A stretch of 63,594 bases of DNA, counting the filler. It is 11 parts of 11 records of this genome, joined end to end, with 100 filler letters (N's around TTAATTAATTAA, not from the genome) between each part and the next. Parts side by side here need not be neighbours in the genome. Positions count along the whole stretch, not along the records: positions 45,897 to 52,571 come from SRR31147125_84072; positions 52,672 to 58,394 come from SRR31147125_84110; positions 58,495 to 63,594 come from SRR31147125_84136; 8 more parts are not named here. The stretch is one strand, 5' to 3'. The notes beneath the pieces are model-generated. The model was not told the origin of the DNA. It saw only the letters and a program-made list of their open reading frames with translations, and ran no database searches. Positions 51,505 through 61,109 of the stretch are shown here, piece after piece. The translations under genes were made by a program, and so were the position numbers. Numbering within the stretch: the stretch's first letter is position 1; each line of letters begins with the position of its first letter.

Positions 51505-51839
51505 CCATCCTTTCAATTGTCGTTATTGTTTAAAAACGAAAGAAAAATATATGAATATTATTTCTCAAAGTAAATTGAATTAGGTGGAATAAAGTGTAAA
51601 AATGAAAAATAATGCCGTGAAATTCAGCAAAATAGGAGACTCGGATTTTGTCGACTTGTTTATGAATTTGGAACTTGATTGATAAATCATAAACAAGTGT
51701 GGGATTTCAAGAAAGAAGTATTATTCATGTAAAACCTTCGCTTTCAAATCTCAAAAGTGAATGTGATGATTGAATATTCTTGATTAAAAGCAATAATTTA
51801 TCGTAAAATCAATCCGATAAGATTAATGACGGGAATTGA

Positions 51840-52343
51840 ATGAAAAAGATCACGGTTATTACGACAGGCGGAACGATAGAAAAAACATACGATGAGCATA
51901 ATGGTGCCCTTAGCAATCAACAATCTATTTTTTCCAAGATATTGGCTACCTTAAGATTGCCGGGTGTTGAAATAAATCAACGAAATGTTATCTTCAAGGA
52001 TTCTTTGGATATGACCGAAAGCGACCGGGAGATCATTCTTGATATTGCTCGTCAGGCTATGAATGTCTCCGATGCAATTATTATTCTTCATGGGACCGAT
52101 ACACTTGAAGATACCGGAAAACTTTTGTACAACGAGATCAAAGATCCCCAATGTCCCGTCATATTTACCGGTGCTATGAGACCTTACGAGTTTCGTGATA
52201 GCGACGCTTCGCAGAATGTAACTGAAGCTCTTTTTGCGGCTGTCCTTGTAGAGCCCGGTATTTATGTGGCCATGCATAACAAATTGCTGGCTTTTCCCGG
52301 AGTGAGAAAGGATAGGCAGAAGCTGACGTTTGTTAAAGATTAA
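51840..52343 (+). CDS. short-chain asparaginase (N-terminal domain only, 167 aa)
   Basis: TTGGTIEK, KDSLDM, HGTDTL, TGAMRP, SDASQN; natural stop after VRKDRQKLTF. Confidence 0.88.
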   Translation: MKKITVITTGGTIEKTYDEHNGALSNQQSIFSKILATLRLPGVEINQRNVIFKDSLDMTESDREIILDIARQAMNVSDAIIILHGTDTLEDTGKLLYNEIKDPQCPVIFTGAMRPYEFRDSDASQNVTEALFAAVLVEPGIYVAMHNKLLAFPGVRKDRQKLTFVKD

Positions 52344-52365
52344 TTGATTCATAATGAGATAAAAT

Positions 52366-52571
52366 AACCTCGACTTTATGGAGAGGTTCAACAAGGTAAT
52401 AACCCGGGGTAAAACCCCGGGTATAAATACCCCACAATAAACAACCCCAAGCATGTCGAGGGGTTGAACTTATCATAAGCAAATTTATCAAATGTTCGAA
52501 ACTCGTTCAACCCTTCCACAAGGTCAGGGTTGAGAAAATGAAGGATTGCACATCCCGGGGTTTCACCCCGG
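52366..52571. repeat. composite REP/REPIN-like palindrome cluster (truncated by contig end)
   Basis: AACCTC..GAGGTT, ACCCGGGGTAAAACCCCGGGT, CAACCCC..GGGGTTGAAC, then an inverted partner GTTCAACCC..GGGTTG and CCCGGGGTTTCACCCCGG. Confidence 0.75.
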
Positions 52572-52671
52572 NNNNNNNNNNNNNNNNNNNNNNNNNNNNN
52601 NNNNNNNNNNNNNNNTTAATTAATTAANNNNNNNNNNNNNNNNNNNNNNNNNNNNNNNNNNNNNNNNNNNN
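52572..52671. other. artificial contig spacer
   Basis: N-run with TTAATTAATTAA. Confidence 0.99.
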
Positions 52672-53387
52672 ACTTGCTCACTCGTTGCGCTTTGCGGCTG
52701 CGCTGCTTGCGCTGCGTTGACCGTATCCGTTTGCATCTGTACGATAACCGGCTGTGTCATCTCTACACTGCCGCCTGCCTGCATTGCGGCCTCCGTTGAC
52801 ACGAGCGGCACAACCGCTTCGGTTGCAGTGTCCGTCTGCGGCTGCAGCGCAACCAAATCGGTCAGCAGCGTCTGCACCGTCTGCTCTCCCTTTACCATCT
52901 GCGAAAGCACCGCCGCATTTTCCAGGGTATTCGCAATGCTGTTCTGTGCCAAAAATACAGCCATTTTCGGGCTGAGCGAAGCGTTTTGCTTGAGCATAGC
53001 CATTGTGCTTGCCAGCATATGCGATTTGACACCCGTGTCCTGCGCAGACGCGGCAAGCATCTTATCCCCCGCCGCGGCGGGCTGTGCCTGCTCAGGCGTT
53101 TTGCTCTGCCCCTCTCCCTTTTCGATGTCGAGCACCTGCATGACCTGCTTGCCATCCACCACGTCTTTTACGATTACCTCAACGCGATCCCCCTGCTGCA
53201 TACCCATATCCCGCATGACGCGCGCCAAAAACGCCCAACCGTCTGCACGGCGCAGTAAAACATGATCGCCCGTCTGTTCGGCAACCTCCAGCGAAAAGAT
53301 CTCGCCACTTTGAAACTTCGGCGAACTCTGATCCATCCGCTGTTTTTCGATAATGTTTTTTACCGTTTCAATTGTTTCGATACGCAT
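52672..53387 (-). CDS. hypothetical protein, possibly N-terminus of a FliK-like flagellar hook-length protein (3' truncated)
   Basis: N-terminal beta domain then Q/A/T-rich low-complexity region; divergent from the che genes. Confidence 0.5.
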
Positions 53388-53555
53388 TTACACACCACAT
53401 CTGCCCAAAAATACTACGCAATATTCGAATTTCCATGTATTTTTTATCAATTTGCGTTTCTTATATTATATATCGGTTTATCTAAAAAACAATTAACGGA
53501 CGAAATAAAAAAGCGTAAGCGGCATTTTTGCCGCAGTCGCAGAGCAGGATGGATT

Positions 53556-54173
53556 ATGTTTGAAAAAATGAGTGAAGGTCACTTGGATTTCTTCCGGGAA
53601 ATAGAAAACATCGGCGCGGGCCACGCTGCCACCGCACTTTCTTCCATGCTTGACCGCAAAGTCGATATCACAGTACCGCGCGCAGAAATCTGCAGCTATA
53701 GTGAAATGAACCGCCTTATCGGCGAACCGGAATCTATCGTCGCCGGCTTGATGGTCGGGATTTCGGACGATATCGAAGGCTTTATGATGCTGATGCTCAG
53801 CAAAGAGGACGCATGCAGACTATCAGGCTCCTTGATGGGTAATGATATCCCTTGCAGCGATGATCCTCTTGAAATGGACGAGATGCAAATCTCCGCACTC
53901 AAAGAAGTCAGCAACATTCTGATCGGGTCCTATATCAACGCAATTTCTGATCTCGCTGGGCTTCGGATCGACATGACTACGCCCGACCTAGTGGTAGACA
54001 TGGCGGGTGCGGTTGCCGGTATGATTGCTGCGGCATACGGGGAGTACTCAGATTCGGTACTGTTCCTTGAAACGAAGTTCATCGATAAAGAATTCAGCGT
54101 TAACGGACACTTTTTCCTCGTGCCGGACATTGCATCATACCAGCGACTGCTGGAGAAAATGGGAGTTGCTTAG
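53556..54173 (+). CDS. cheC: chemotaxis phosphatase CheC
   Basis: EIENIGAGHAATALS and SALKEVSNIL (two E-xx-N motifs), VDMAGA; start reassigned to ATG 53556. Confidence 0.93.
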   Translation: MFEKMSEGHLDFFREIENIGAGHAATALSSMLDRKVDITVPRAEICSYSEMNRLIGEPESIVAGLMVGISDDIEGFMMLMLSKEDACRLSGSLMGNDIPCSDDPLEMDEMQISALKEVSNILIGSYINAISDLAGLRIDMTTPDLVVDMAGAVAGMIAAAYGEYSDSVLFLETKFIDKEFSVNGHFFLVPDIASYQRLLEKMGVA

Positions 54174-54174
54174 C

Positions 54175-54660
54175 ATGCCGACATACACCATTGGAATTGC
54201 TGAAATGAAAATTGCAAAAGCACCCGACAAGATTACCACCCTCGGTCTTGGGTCGTGCCTCGGACTCGTGCTGTACGACCCGGGAACCAAAGTCAGCGGT
54301 ATGGTGCATATTATGCTTCCAAGCGCGCAGGGCAGTACAAATCCAGGAAACAAATATAAATTTGCGGATACTGCGATCGTTGAAATGATCCGTGAGCTTT
54401 CCGCGGCAGGCGCACAGCGCAGCAAGCTGCGCGCAAAAGTCGCCGGCGGCGCACATATGTTTAGGTCTCTTTATACAAGCGATGCGCTAAACATCGGCGA
54501 GCGCAATATCGAAATATGTAAAAAAACGTTGAAAAAACAAGCTATACCGCTGCTTAGCGAAGATACCGGCGGGCAAAGTGGACGCTCGATCGAGTTCGAT
54601 TGCGAATCGAGCAACCTGCAGGTTCGGACTGTCTCTCCGAAATCTGTGCGTTTGATATGA
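54175..54660 (+). CDS. cheD: chemoreceptor glutamine deamidase CheD
   Basis: TLGLGSC, HIMLP, KFAD, GGAHMF, IGERN, EDTGG..GR. Confidence 0.95.
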   Translation: MPTYTIGIAEMKIAKAPDKITTLGLGSCLGLVLYDPGTKVSGMVHIMLPSAQGSTNPGNKYKFADTAIVEMIRELSAAGAQRSKLRAKVAGGAHMFRSLYTSDALNIGERNIEICKKTLKKQAIPLLSEDTGGQSGRSIEFDCESSNLQVRTVSPKSVRLI

Positions 54661-54713
54661 TTGGTTTGTGGTTATAAATAATTTGCCATCCATATATTAC
54701 AGGAGGTTATACA

Positions 54714-55070
54714 ATGAAAAAGATTCTGGTGGTAGACGACGCAGCGTTCATGCGCGTCTCAATCAAAAACATGCTGACGAAAAACGGATACGAGGTCGTT
54801 GGTGAAGCGGAAAACGGCAAGGTCGCGATCCAAAAGTACGAGGAACTGAATCCGGATGTTATCACGATGGATATTACGATGCCGGAGATGGACGGGCTTA
54901 CCAGCCTAAAAGAAATCCTTGCACTGGACCCAAGCGCAAGAATCGTGATGATTTCGGCCATGGGACAGGAAAGCATGGTCAGAGAAGCCGTTCTTTCCGG
55001 CGCAAAAGGCTTTATCGTTAAACCGTTCAAAGAAGACGCGATTATCGCCGCACTCGAAAAGCTGGCGTAA
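54714..55070 (+). CDS. cheY: chemotaxis response regulator CheY
   Basis: VVDDAAFMR, MDITMPEMDG, SAMGQ, FIVKPF. Confidence 0.95.
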   Translation: MKKILVVDDAAFMRVSIKNMLTKNGYEVVGEAENGKVAIQKYEELNPDVITMDITMPEMDGLTSLKEILALDPSARIVMISAMGQESMVREAVLSGAKGFIVKPFKEDAIIAALEKLA

Positions 55071-55124
55071 CAGGGCTGAACAAAAGCGCATAACGCGCAA
55101 TTTTAAATAGGAAGAGGGATTAGC

Positions 55125-57203
55125 ATGTCATCAAATGATTCGATGCTGGATATTTATATCTACGAAAACACGCAAATGCTTGAAGAGCTCGAGTCGCTGC
55201 TCCTTGTCGGCGAAAAAGCGGGCGAGTTCAGCACCGAGCAAAATGCAAGCATTATGCGAATTTTACATACGATCAAGGGTTCTTCCGCAATGATGAACTT
55301 TGACAGTATCGCAAACCTCACGCACGCAATGGAGGATCTGTTTACTTATCTGCGTGACAACGGCTCTGACCCCAAACATCATCTGACGATCTGTGACCTG
55401 TCTTTCCAGACGCTCGATACAGTAGGTGCCGAAACGGCAAAAATCCAAAAAAACGGTATGCCGGATGGTGATGTATCCGAACTGGTCGCCAAAGTCAAGT
55501 CATTTCACGAGTCGCTGACGGGAGACGGCGAAACAACCAAGACTGCCGCTCCCAAAAAACTAGCCGCCAAAAAAACGGCAAAAAAACCGACGGCAAAGAA
55601 AACCGTAAAACCTCCAGCAAAAAAGAAGACTGCCAATCAGGCGATCGAACACTATTATATTGCCGAAATCGTCTTTGAAGCAGACTGTAAAATGGAAAAC
55701 GTACGCGCGCTCGGTATCGTTAAGTCAATCGAGCCGCTCAGCCATGACATCCAAACCGTACCGGAAGACCTCCTTAAAGAAAACTGCGAAGATGACATCA
55801 TCGCAAACGGGTTCCAGATGTATATCACCTCCAGCGAAAATATCGAAATAATTCAGAAAAAACTGAATGAGGCGTTTTTTGTGGAATCGGTTCAATGCGA
55901 CGAAGCCGATCCTGATAACGAAGAAGTCAGCAAGCGCTTTGGCCTCAAAAAACAACCACAAAAGGCGAAAAACGCCCCCGCAAAGCCGGCTCAAAAAGAA
56001 AAAACGGCAGCCGAATCGACGGCAGCAGGCGGCGTCAAACAGCAGTACCTCAGCGTCAACCTCGACAAGCTCGACAAGCTGATGGATCTCGTCGGCGAGA
56101 TCGTCATCACCGAATCTACCGTAACCAAAAACCCCGAAGTGCTGGCCATGGGGTCAGACAGCTTTAATAAAGCGTCTCGCCAGCTTCGCAAGCTGACGGA
56201 CGAGCTTCAAGACATCGTGATGTCCATCCGCATGATCCCGGTATCCGCCACGTTCCATAAAATGGAGCGCATTGTACGCGATATGAGCAACAAAGTAGGA
56301 AAAAAAGCCAAGCTGACCATCATCGGCGAAGAGACCGAGCTTGATAAAAACGTGATCGACAAGCTTTCCGACCCGTTGATGCACATCGTCAGAAATTCGA
56401 TGGATCACGGCCTTGAGCCTGCTGATGAGCGCATTGCGATGGGCAAAGACGAAATCGGCGAAATCGTACTCGAAGCACGCAACACCAGCGGCAATGTTTC
56501 CATCATCATCAAAGACGACGGGCGCGGCCTCAACAAAGACGCACTTGTCAAGAAAGGCATTGATCAGGGGCTGATTACCAAACCGGCGGAAGAGGTAACC
56601 GATCAGGAAGCCTACTCACTCATCTTCAAGTCCGGCTTATCTACAAAGAAAAACGTCACCGAATTCTCCGGCCGAGGCGTCGGTATGAACGTGGCGATGA
56701 CGAATATCGAAAAGATTGGCGGCAGCGTGACAGTCGACTCTGCTCCGGGTGAAGGGCTGCGTGTCGAAATTCAGATACCACTCACGCTTGCAATCATTGA
56801 CGGCATGCAGGTATCGGCGGGCGGCAACACATACATCGCCCCGATGCTGTCCATCAAAGAATCGTTTAAGCCAAATATTAAAGACGTGTTCTCTGACCCG
56901 GACGGTAACGAAATAATCCATCTTAGAGGCGAATGCTACCCCATTGTCCGGCTGCATTCCATCTTTAATGTCGAAACAGCGATCACTGAACTGGAAAACG
57001 GCATTCTCGTGCTGCTCGAAACAAAAGGGCAACACTACTGCCTGTTTGTAGATTGCCTGATTGGCGAACAGCAAACCGTTGTCAAGCCCATTCCGATGTA
57101 TATCATGCGCGCGTTTCACGGGCAAAAGCGCCTCGCCGGATGTACCATCCTCGGCGACGGCAGCATCAGTTTGATTCTTGATATCAACGGACTGCTGTGC
57201 TAA
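55125..57203 (+). CDS. cheA: chemotaxis histidine kinase CheA
   Basis: Hpt HTIKGSS, P2, LDKLMDLVGE, HIVRNSMDHG, DDGRG, SGRGVGM, CheW domain. Confidence 0.97.
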   Translation: MSSNDSMLDIYIYENTQMLEELESLLLVGEKAGEFSTEQNASIMRILHTIKGSSAMMNFDSIANLTHAMEDLFTYLRDNGSDPKHHLTICDLSFQTLDTVGAETAKIQKNGMPDGDVSELVAKVKSFHESLTGDGETTKTAAPKKLAAKKTAKKPTAKKTVKPPAKKKTANQAIEHYYIAEIVFEADCKMENVRALGIVKSIEPLSHDIQTVPEDLLKENCEDDIIANGFQMYITSSENIEIIQKKLNEAFFVESVQCDEADPDNEEVSKRFGLKKQPQKAKNAPAKPAQKEKTAAESTAAGGVKQQYLSVNLDKLDKLMDLVGEIVITESTVTKNPEVLAMGSDSFNKASRQLRKLTDELQDIVMSIRMIPVSATFHKMERIVRDMSNKVGKKAKLTIIGEETELDKNVIDKLSDPLMHIVRNSMDHGLEPADERIAMGKDEIGEIVLEARNTSGNVSIIIKDDGRGLNKDALVKKGIDQGLITKPAEEVTDQEAYSLIFKSGLSTKKNVTEFSGRGVGMNVAMTNIEKIGGSVTVDSAPGEGLRVEIQIPLTLAIIDGMQVSAGGNTYIAPMLSIKESFKPNIKDVFSDPDGNEIIHLRGECYPIVRLHSIFNVETAITELENGILVLLETKGQHYCLFVDCLIGEQQTVVKPIPMYIMRAFHGQKRLAGCTILGDGSISLILDINGLLC

Positions 57204-57212
57204 AATACCTCT

Positions 57213-58286
57213 ATGAGATATATCCCAAGTGGTTTTTTAAAATCAGGCCATAAACTTGCATCAGACCTGGTTTTTAACCAAAATAAAATCATGCTGCGCC
57301 GCGGCATACCGTTGACCGACGCGCTGATCAAACGAATCGAAATTCTTGGGTTTCAGGGGCTATACATCGATGACAAGCTCTCCAAGGGTATCTATGTTTC
57401 GGATGTTATCAGTGAGGGGCTGAAGATGCGCACCACCAACGAGCTTCGGTCCTTCTTTTCCAACGCGCGAAACAACAACAAGTCGCACATCAAGCAGCAG
57501 ATCAAAACATTTAAAAAACTCGTTAAAAACATTGTGGACGAAGTGCTTTACGACCCGCAGGTTATGGTCAACATCGTTGATCTACGCACGTTTGACGACT
57601 ATACCTACAGCCACAGTCTCAATGTAGCCGTGCTGTCCGTCGTTATGGGCACTGTACTCGGCATGGACAGAAAAACGCTGAATGAACTCGCGATGGGCGC
57701 ACTTTTGCACGACACGGGCAAGATGTTTGTGGACAAGGCCGTTTTGAACAAGCCCGAACGTTTGACGCCCGAAGAGTTTGAAGAAATGAAACGCCACAGC
57801 GAGCTTGGTTTTGATTACCTCTGCGACAATTTTGACATACCTGAAACGTGCATAAACACCGCGCTGCATCATCACGAGCATTATGACGGCAAAGGATACC
57901 CTACCGGCCTTGCGGGCGAAGACATTCACATCTTTTCGCGTATCGTCTGCGTCGCCGACGTTTACGACGCGCTGACGAGTGACCGCCCATATCGAAAAGC
58001 AGTACTGCCGTCTGACGCAATAGAATACATCATGAGCGGTTATAACACCATGTTTGACCCGGATATCGTCAAAGCGCTTACCAAAAAGGTTGCGCCGTAT
58101 CCTGTGGGAACTTGCGTGAAACTGAGCTCGGGCGATACGGGCATCGTTGTAAAAAACGCTGAAGATGCGAGCCTTAGACCCACCATCAAGCTGATTAAAG
58201 ACGGTAAGCTGACCGAAGAAATCCTCGACCTCGCTACTGACCGTTACGCGCTCAGTGTCACCATTCAGGAAATCGTCAATATGTAA
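57213..58286 (+). CDS. HD-GYP cyclic di-GMP phosphodiesterase
   Basis: YTYSHS, LLHDTGK, HHEHYDGKGYP, ADVYDALTSDRPY. Confidence 0.93.
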   Translation: MRYIPSGFLKSGHKLASDLVFNQNKIMLRRGIPLTDALIKRIEILGFQGLYIDDKLSKGIYVSDVISEGLKMRTTNELRSFFSNARNNNKSHIKQQIKTFKKLVKNIVDEVLYDPQVMVNIVDLRTFDDYTYSHSLNVAVLSVVMGTVLGMDRKTLNELAMGALLHDTGKMFVDKAVLNKPERLTPEEFEEMKRHSELGFDYLCDNFDIPETCINTALHHHEHYDGKGYPTGLAGEDIHIFSRIVCVADVYDALTSDRPYRKAVLPSDAIEYIMSGYNTMFDPDIVKALTKKVAPYPVGTCVKLSSGDTGIVVKNAEDASLRPTIKLIKDGKLTEEILDLATDRYALSVTIQEIVNM

Positions 58287-58394
58287 TTCCAAAATACAAC
58301 GCAGCAGAACAATTGACTCAGGTAGTAGGCACCCCCCAAACTGCACCCCCCACTGGCATTCCATCAGCGGCTCAGAAACAGCCGAGCGGTTTTT

Positions 58395-58494
58395 NNNNNN
58401 NNNNNNNNNNNNNNNNNNNNNNNNNNNNNNNNNNNNNNTTAATTAATTAANNNNNNNNNNNNNNNNNNNNNNNNNNNNNNNNNNNNNNNNNNNN
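58395..58494. other. artificial contig spacer
   Basis: N-run with TTAATTAATTAA. Confidence 0.99.
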
Positions 58495-59239
58495 AGAAAA
58501 TTTTCCACAAAAGATCGATAATTTCATGCCACATGAAACCACCTGGTTCAGGTGTACCAGTACTTGAAATAACACTCCAATCCAGAGCGTCCACGTCCAG
58601 AGTAATAAAAACATTATTGGGAAGAGATTCAAGTGCCTGATTTATATCAAAGGATCCTGAACGGAAATCATGCATTGTGCAAAGAGGTATTTTTTCACAT
58701 TCAATCTTGTCGGCTTCTTCTTTGCACATACTGCGAATCCCCAATTGACATGTTTGGGTTGTCATATCCCTGATTCGTGACATGACACAGGCATGACTCA
58801 GGGGACTCCCTTCGTAAGATTCCCTTAGATCTGCATGCGCGTCAATTTGAATCGCGGCTAAATTATCCCATTTTTCATTCAATGCTTTGAAATAACCACT
58901 GGAAATGGAATGATCACCTCCCAAAAGAACGACAAATTTGTCCTGCACAAGAAGGGATTTCGTATTTCTGTATACACTGTTAAACATATCCTGATGTTCA
59001 TGAGGCATTTTTGCAGGTATTACAGTGGCAATACCCATCCTGTAGGGTTCGGCTTTTAAAACTTCATCATAAAGTTCCAGGTAATTGGATGCATCTATGA
59101 CAGAGGCGGGTGCTATTGCTGTTCCCGTGCCATATGAAACACCCCCTTCATATGGATAGAGCAAAAGAGCAACTGCGCTGGTTTCCATTTTGGTGTAAAC
59201 CGGATCCAGGCCGAGAAATTGTTTGGGATACACATTCAT
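58495..59239 (-). CDS. speB: agmatinase / ureohydrolase (3' truncated)
   Basis: GGDHSIS, IDAHADLR, SHAC, LDVDALD, TGTPEPGG; ATG overlaps the upstream TAA. Confidence 0.93.
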
Positions 59240-60306
59240 TATGCATTTTCCAGTTTATCAATAAATTCAGACAAGTTCGTCAGAATATTTTTTATTGGTT
59301 TAACCTCGCATTCATCTAAAACATAGGCAGCGAGAATCGGAAAAATAATACTATATTCCCCCCAAATATGTATTAACTTTTCTTCATCAGCAGAGGTATA
59401 TTTCCCCCATGTAACGGCCTCACTGAACGTGCAACTTGATAAGCTTCCTTCTTTTTCAACAGCCGTAGTAATTTGTAAACCACTTTCAGCACCCGCAAAA
59501 TCAATACCAAGGATCTGACTAATCGTAGGTCCGGTTTGCTGGATAAAGTTTTTGGGTCCACCTCCACCTAGTTCAACAAAACCTGTTTTTTCAGAATTAT
59601 ATGTTATAGCAGCTGAACTTAAAATATCTTTTTGAGCCGATAGCTGGATGGGATAGCCCTCACGATCCGTTCTGATAAAATTCATTGCAATGGAATGATT
59701 GGAAAGAGAGTCCCAAAAGACAGGCACATTATATTTTGCTGCGGTTGCTACAAAACTACGTTCCGGATACCTGGCCTGCTTGTTTACCCAATCTCCCAAA
59801 ATTTTGTTAAATTCACAAGAGGAAAGAGGATGATTTGATAATTCATTATAAGATTCTTTGATAAAATTACGAATAATCTTATCCTGCGCTTCAAGGGTCT
59901 CTTCTTCACGTATACCGATGTCATAAATGCGCGTATCTCCGTGTTCGCGAAGCACGTCATCATCCCAGGTTGGATGTATCGCTTTGACAGGCAGATCGAA
60001 AGCAAAGTGTAGATCATGGTAAACCTGAGCACCTGTTGAGCAGATCACATCAATAAAACCAGCTTTAATCAAGGAGATGACAATCCCACCCATACCACCA
60101 GCAATACCAGCGCCGGCAATACCTAACCATATTACATTATTACTATTAATAATGTGTTTATAGAGTTTTGCTCCCTTGTAAACATTTCTGGCTTCGAATG
60201 AGGTTTGGCCGAGAGCATGAACAAACTCGGAGATATTCATTCCTTTAGAAAAGGCAACAGGTATAATATCTGGAGCCTTTTCAAATAAAGACTTGTTAAT
60301 TTTCAT
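59239..60306 (-). CDS. deoxyhypusine synthase-like protein (SpeY-like, homospermidine pathway)
   Basis: STGAQVYHD, RIYD, GGGGPKNF, GSLSSCTFSEAVTWGK (catalytic Lys present); start set at ATG 60306 after RBS GAGGA. Confidence 0.9.
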   Translation of the reverse strand: MKINKSLFEKAPDIIPVAFSKGMNISEFVHALGQTSFEARNVYKGAKLYKHIINSNNVIWLGIAGAGIAGGMGGIVISLIKAGFIDVICSTGAQVYHDLHFAFDLPVKAIHPTWDDDVLREHGDTRIYDIGIREEETLEAQDKIIRNFIKESYNELSNHPLSSCEFNKILGDWVNKQARYPERSFVATAAKYNVPVFWDSLSNHSIAMNFIRTDREGYPIQLSAQKDILSSAAITYNSEKTGFVELGGGGPKNFIQQTGPTISQILGIDFAGAESGLQITTAVEKEGSLSSCTFSEAVTWGKYTSADEEKLIHIWGEYSIIFPILAAYVLDECEVKPIKNILTNLSEFIDKLENA

Positions 60307-60377
60307 TATTTCATCCTCTAGCGAGTTGACATTTATAACCAGCTTTTCCCCCATTTTAGGACTTTTTTAAATCTATT

Positions 60378-60932
60378 TTAATCAAGAAGCATGACGGCAC
60401 AGGCAACAACGGTCGTCCACTTTCCATCTTTATGTCCTTTGGCGGATTGTGCAATACTTTTACTGGCAAAAAGTCTTTGTCCGACCTTGTAAACCTTTTT
60501 TCGTTCATCCCAGGCTACTTCCGGATTCAGTTCCACGCCCAGAGTTGATCCCAGCATTTGTGCTGCCAAATCTTCGGCAAAGTCAGCCGATTTTTTCATT
60601 GTTTCACCGAATGCGTGATGTTCACTGATATATCCGTATTGTTTTTTATCTTTTGGCGTTGCTAATCCAATTGCGGCAGATATTACTCGGTTCGGTTCAT
60701 TTGTGGTTTGTTTGGCCATAACGACGAACGTAATTTGTCCTGCTTTGAGTGCGTTTGTTCCTTCTTCTCTAGACACAATTTCACAATCCGGTGGAAAGAT
60801 ACTCGAAACGGTCACAAGATTACATTTTTCTATTCCGGCGTGTCGTAAAGCCAATTCAAAGCTTTGAAGTTTGTTAATGTGATAACCGACCCCTTTTGTA
60901 AAGAACATCCTTTTGGCAACTAACTTGTTCAC
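60378..60932 (-). CDS. pdaD: pyruvoyl-dependent arginine decarboxylase
   Basis: SFELALRHAGI..CNLVTVSSIFPP (Ser-Ser self-cleavage site), YGYISEH, WTTVVA; GTG start at 60932 after GGGAG. Confidence 0.93.
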   Translation of the reverse strand: MNKLVAKRMFFTKGVGYHINKLQSFELALRHAGIEKCNLVTVSSIFPPDCEIVSREEGTNALKAGQITFVVMAKQTTNEPNRVISAAIGLATPKDKKQYGYISEHHAFGETMKKSADFAEDLAAQMLGSTLGVELNPEVAWDERKKVYKVGQRLFASKSIAQSAKGHKDGKWTTVVACAVMLLD

Positions 60933-61109
60933 TTTTTTCTCCCATGAACTGTAATGTACAAATATGCTGATTAGTAAAAAAGACAGCAAATGTACAAAAA
61001 TAAAATATAATTTACCAAAACAATTTTTCATGGATTGAACATTTATGTGAAAAAAAAATGTAATAATCGGGTGTGATATAGGTGTTTATAGATCGGTAAA
61101 AGGACTATT

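Noticed and set aside
6040-58494. Ten recurring TTAATTAATTAA palindromes within N-runs, and apparent gene neighbourhoods across them
   Set aside because: They are identical 100-nt artificial linkers with six-frame stops. Genes on either side come from different organisms, so no cross-spacer operon or repeat system is inferred.
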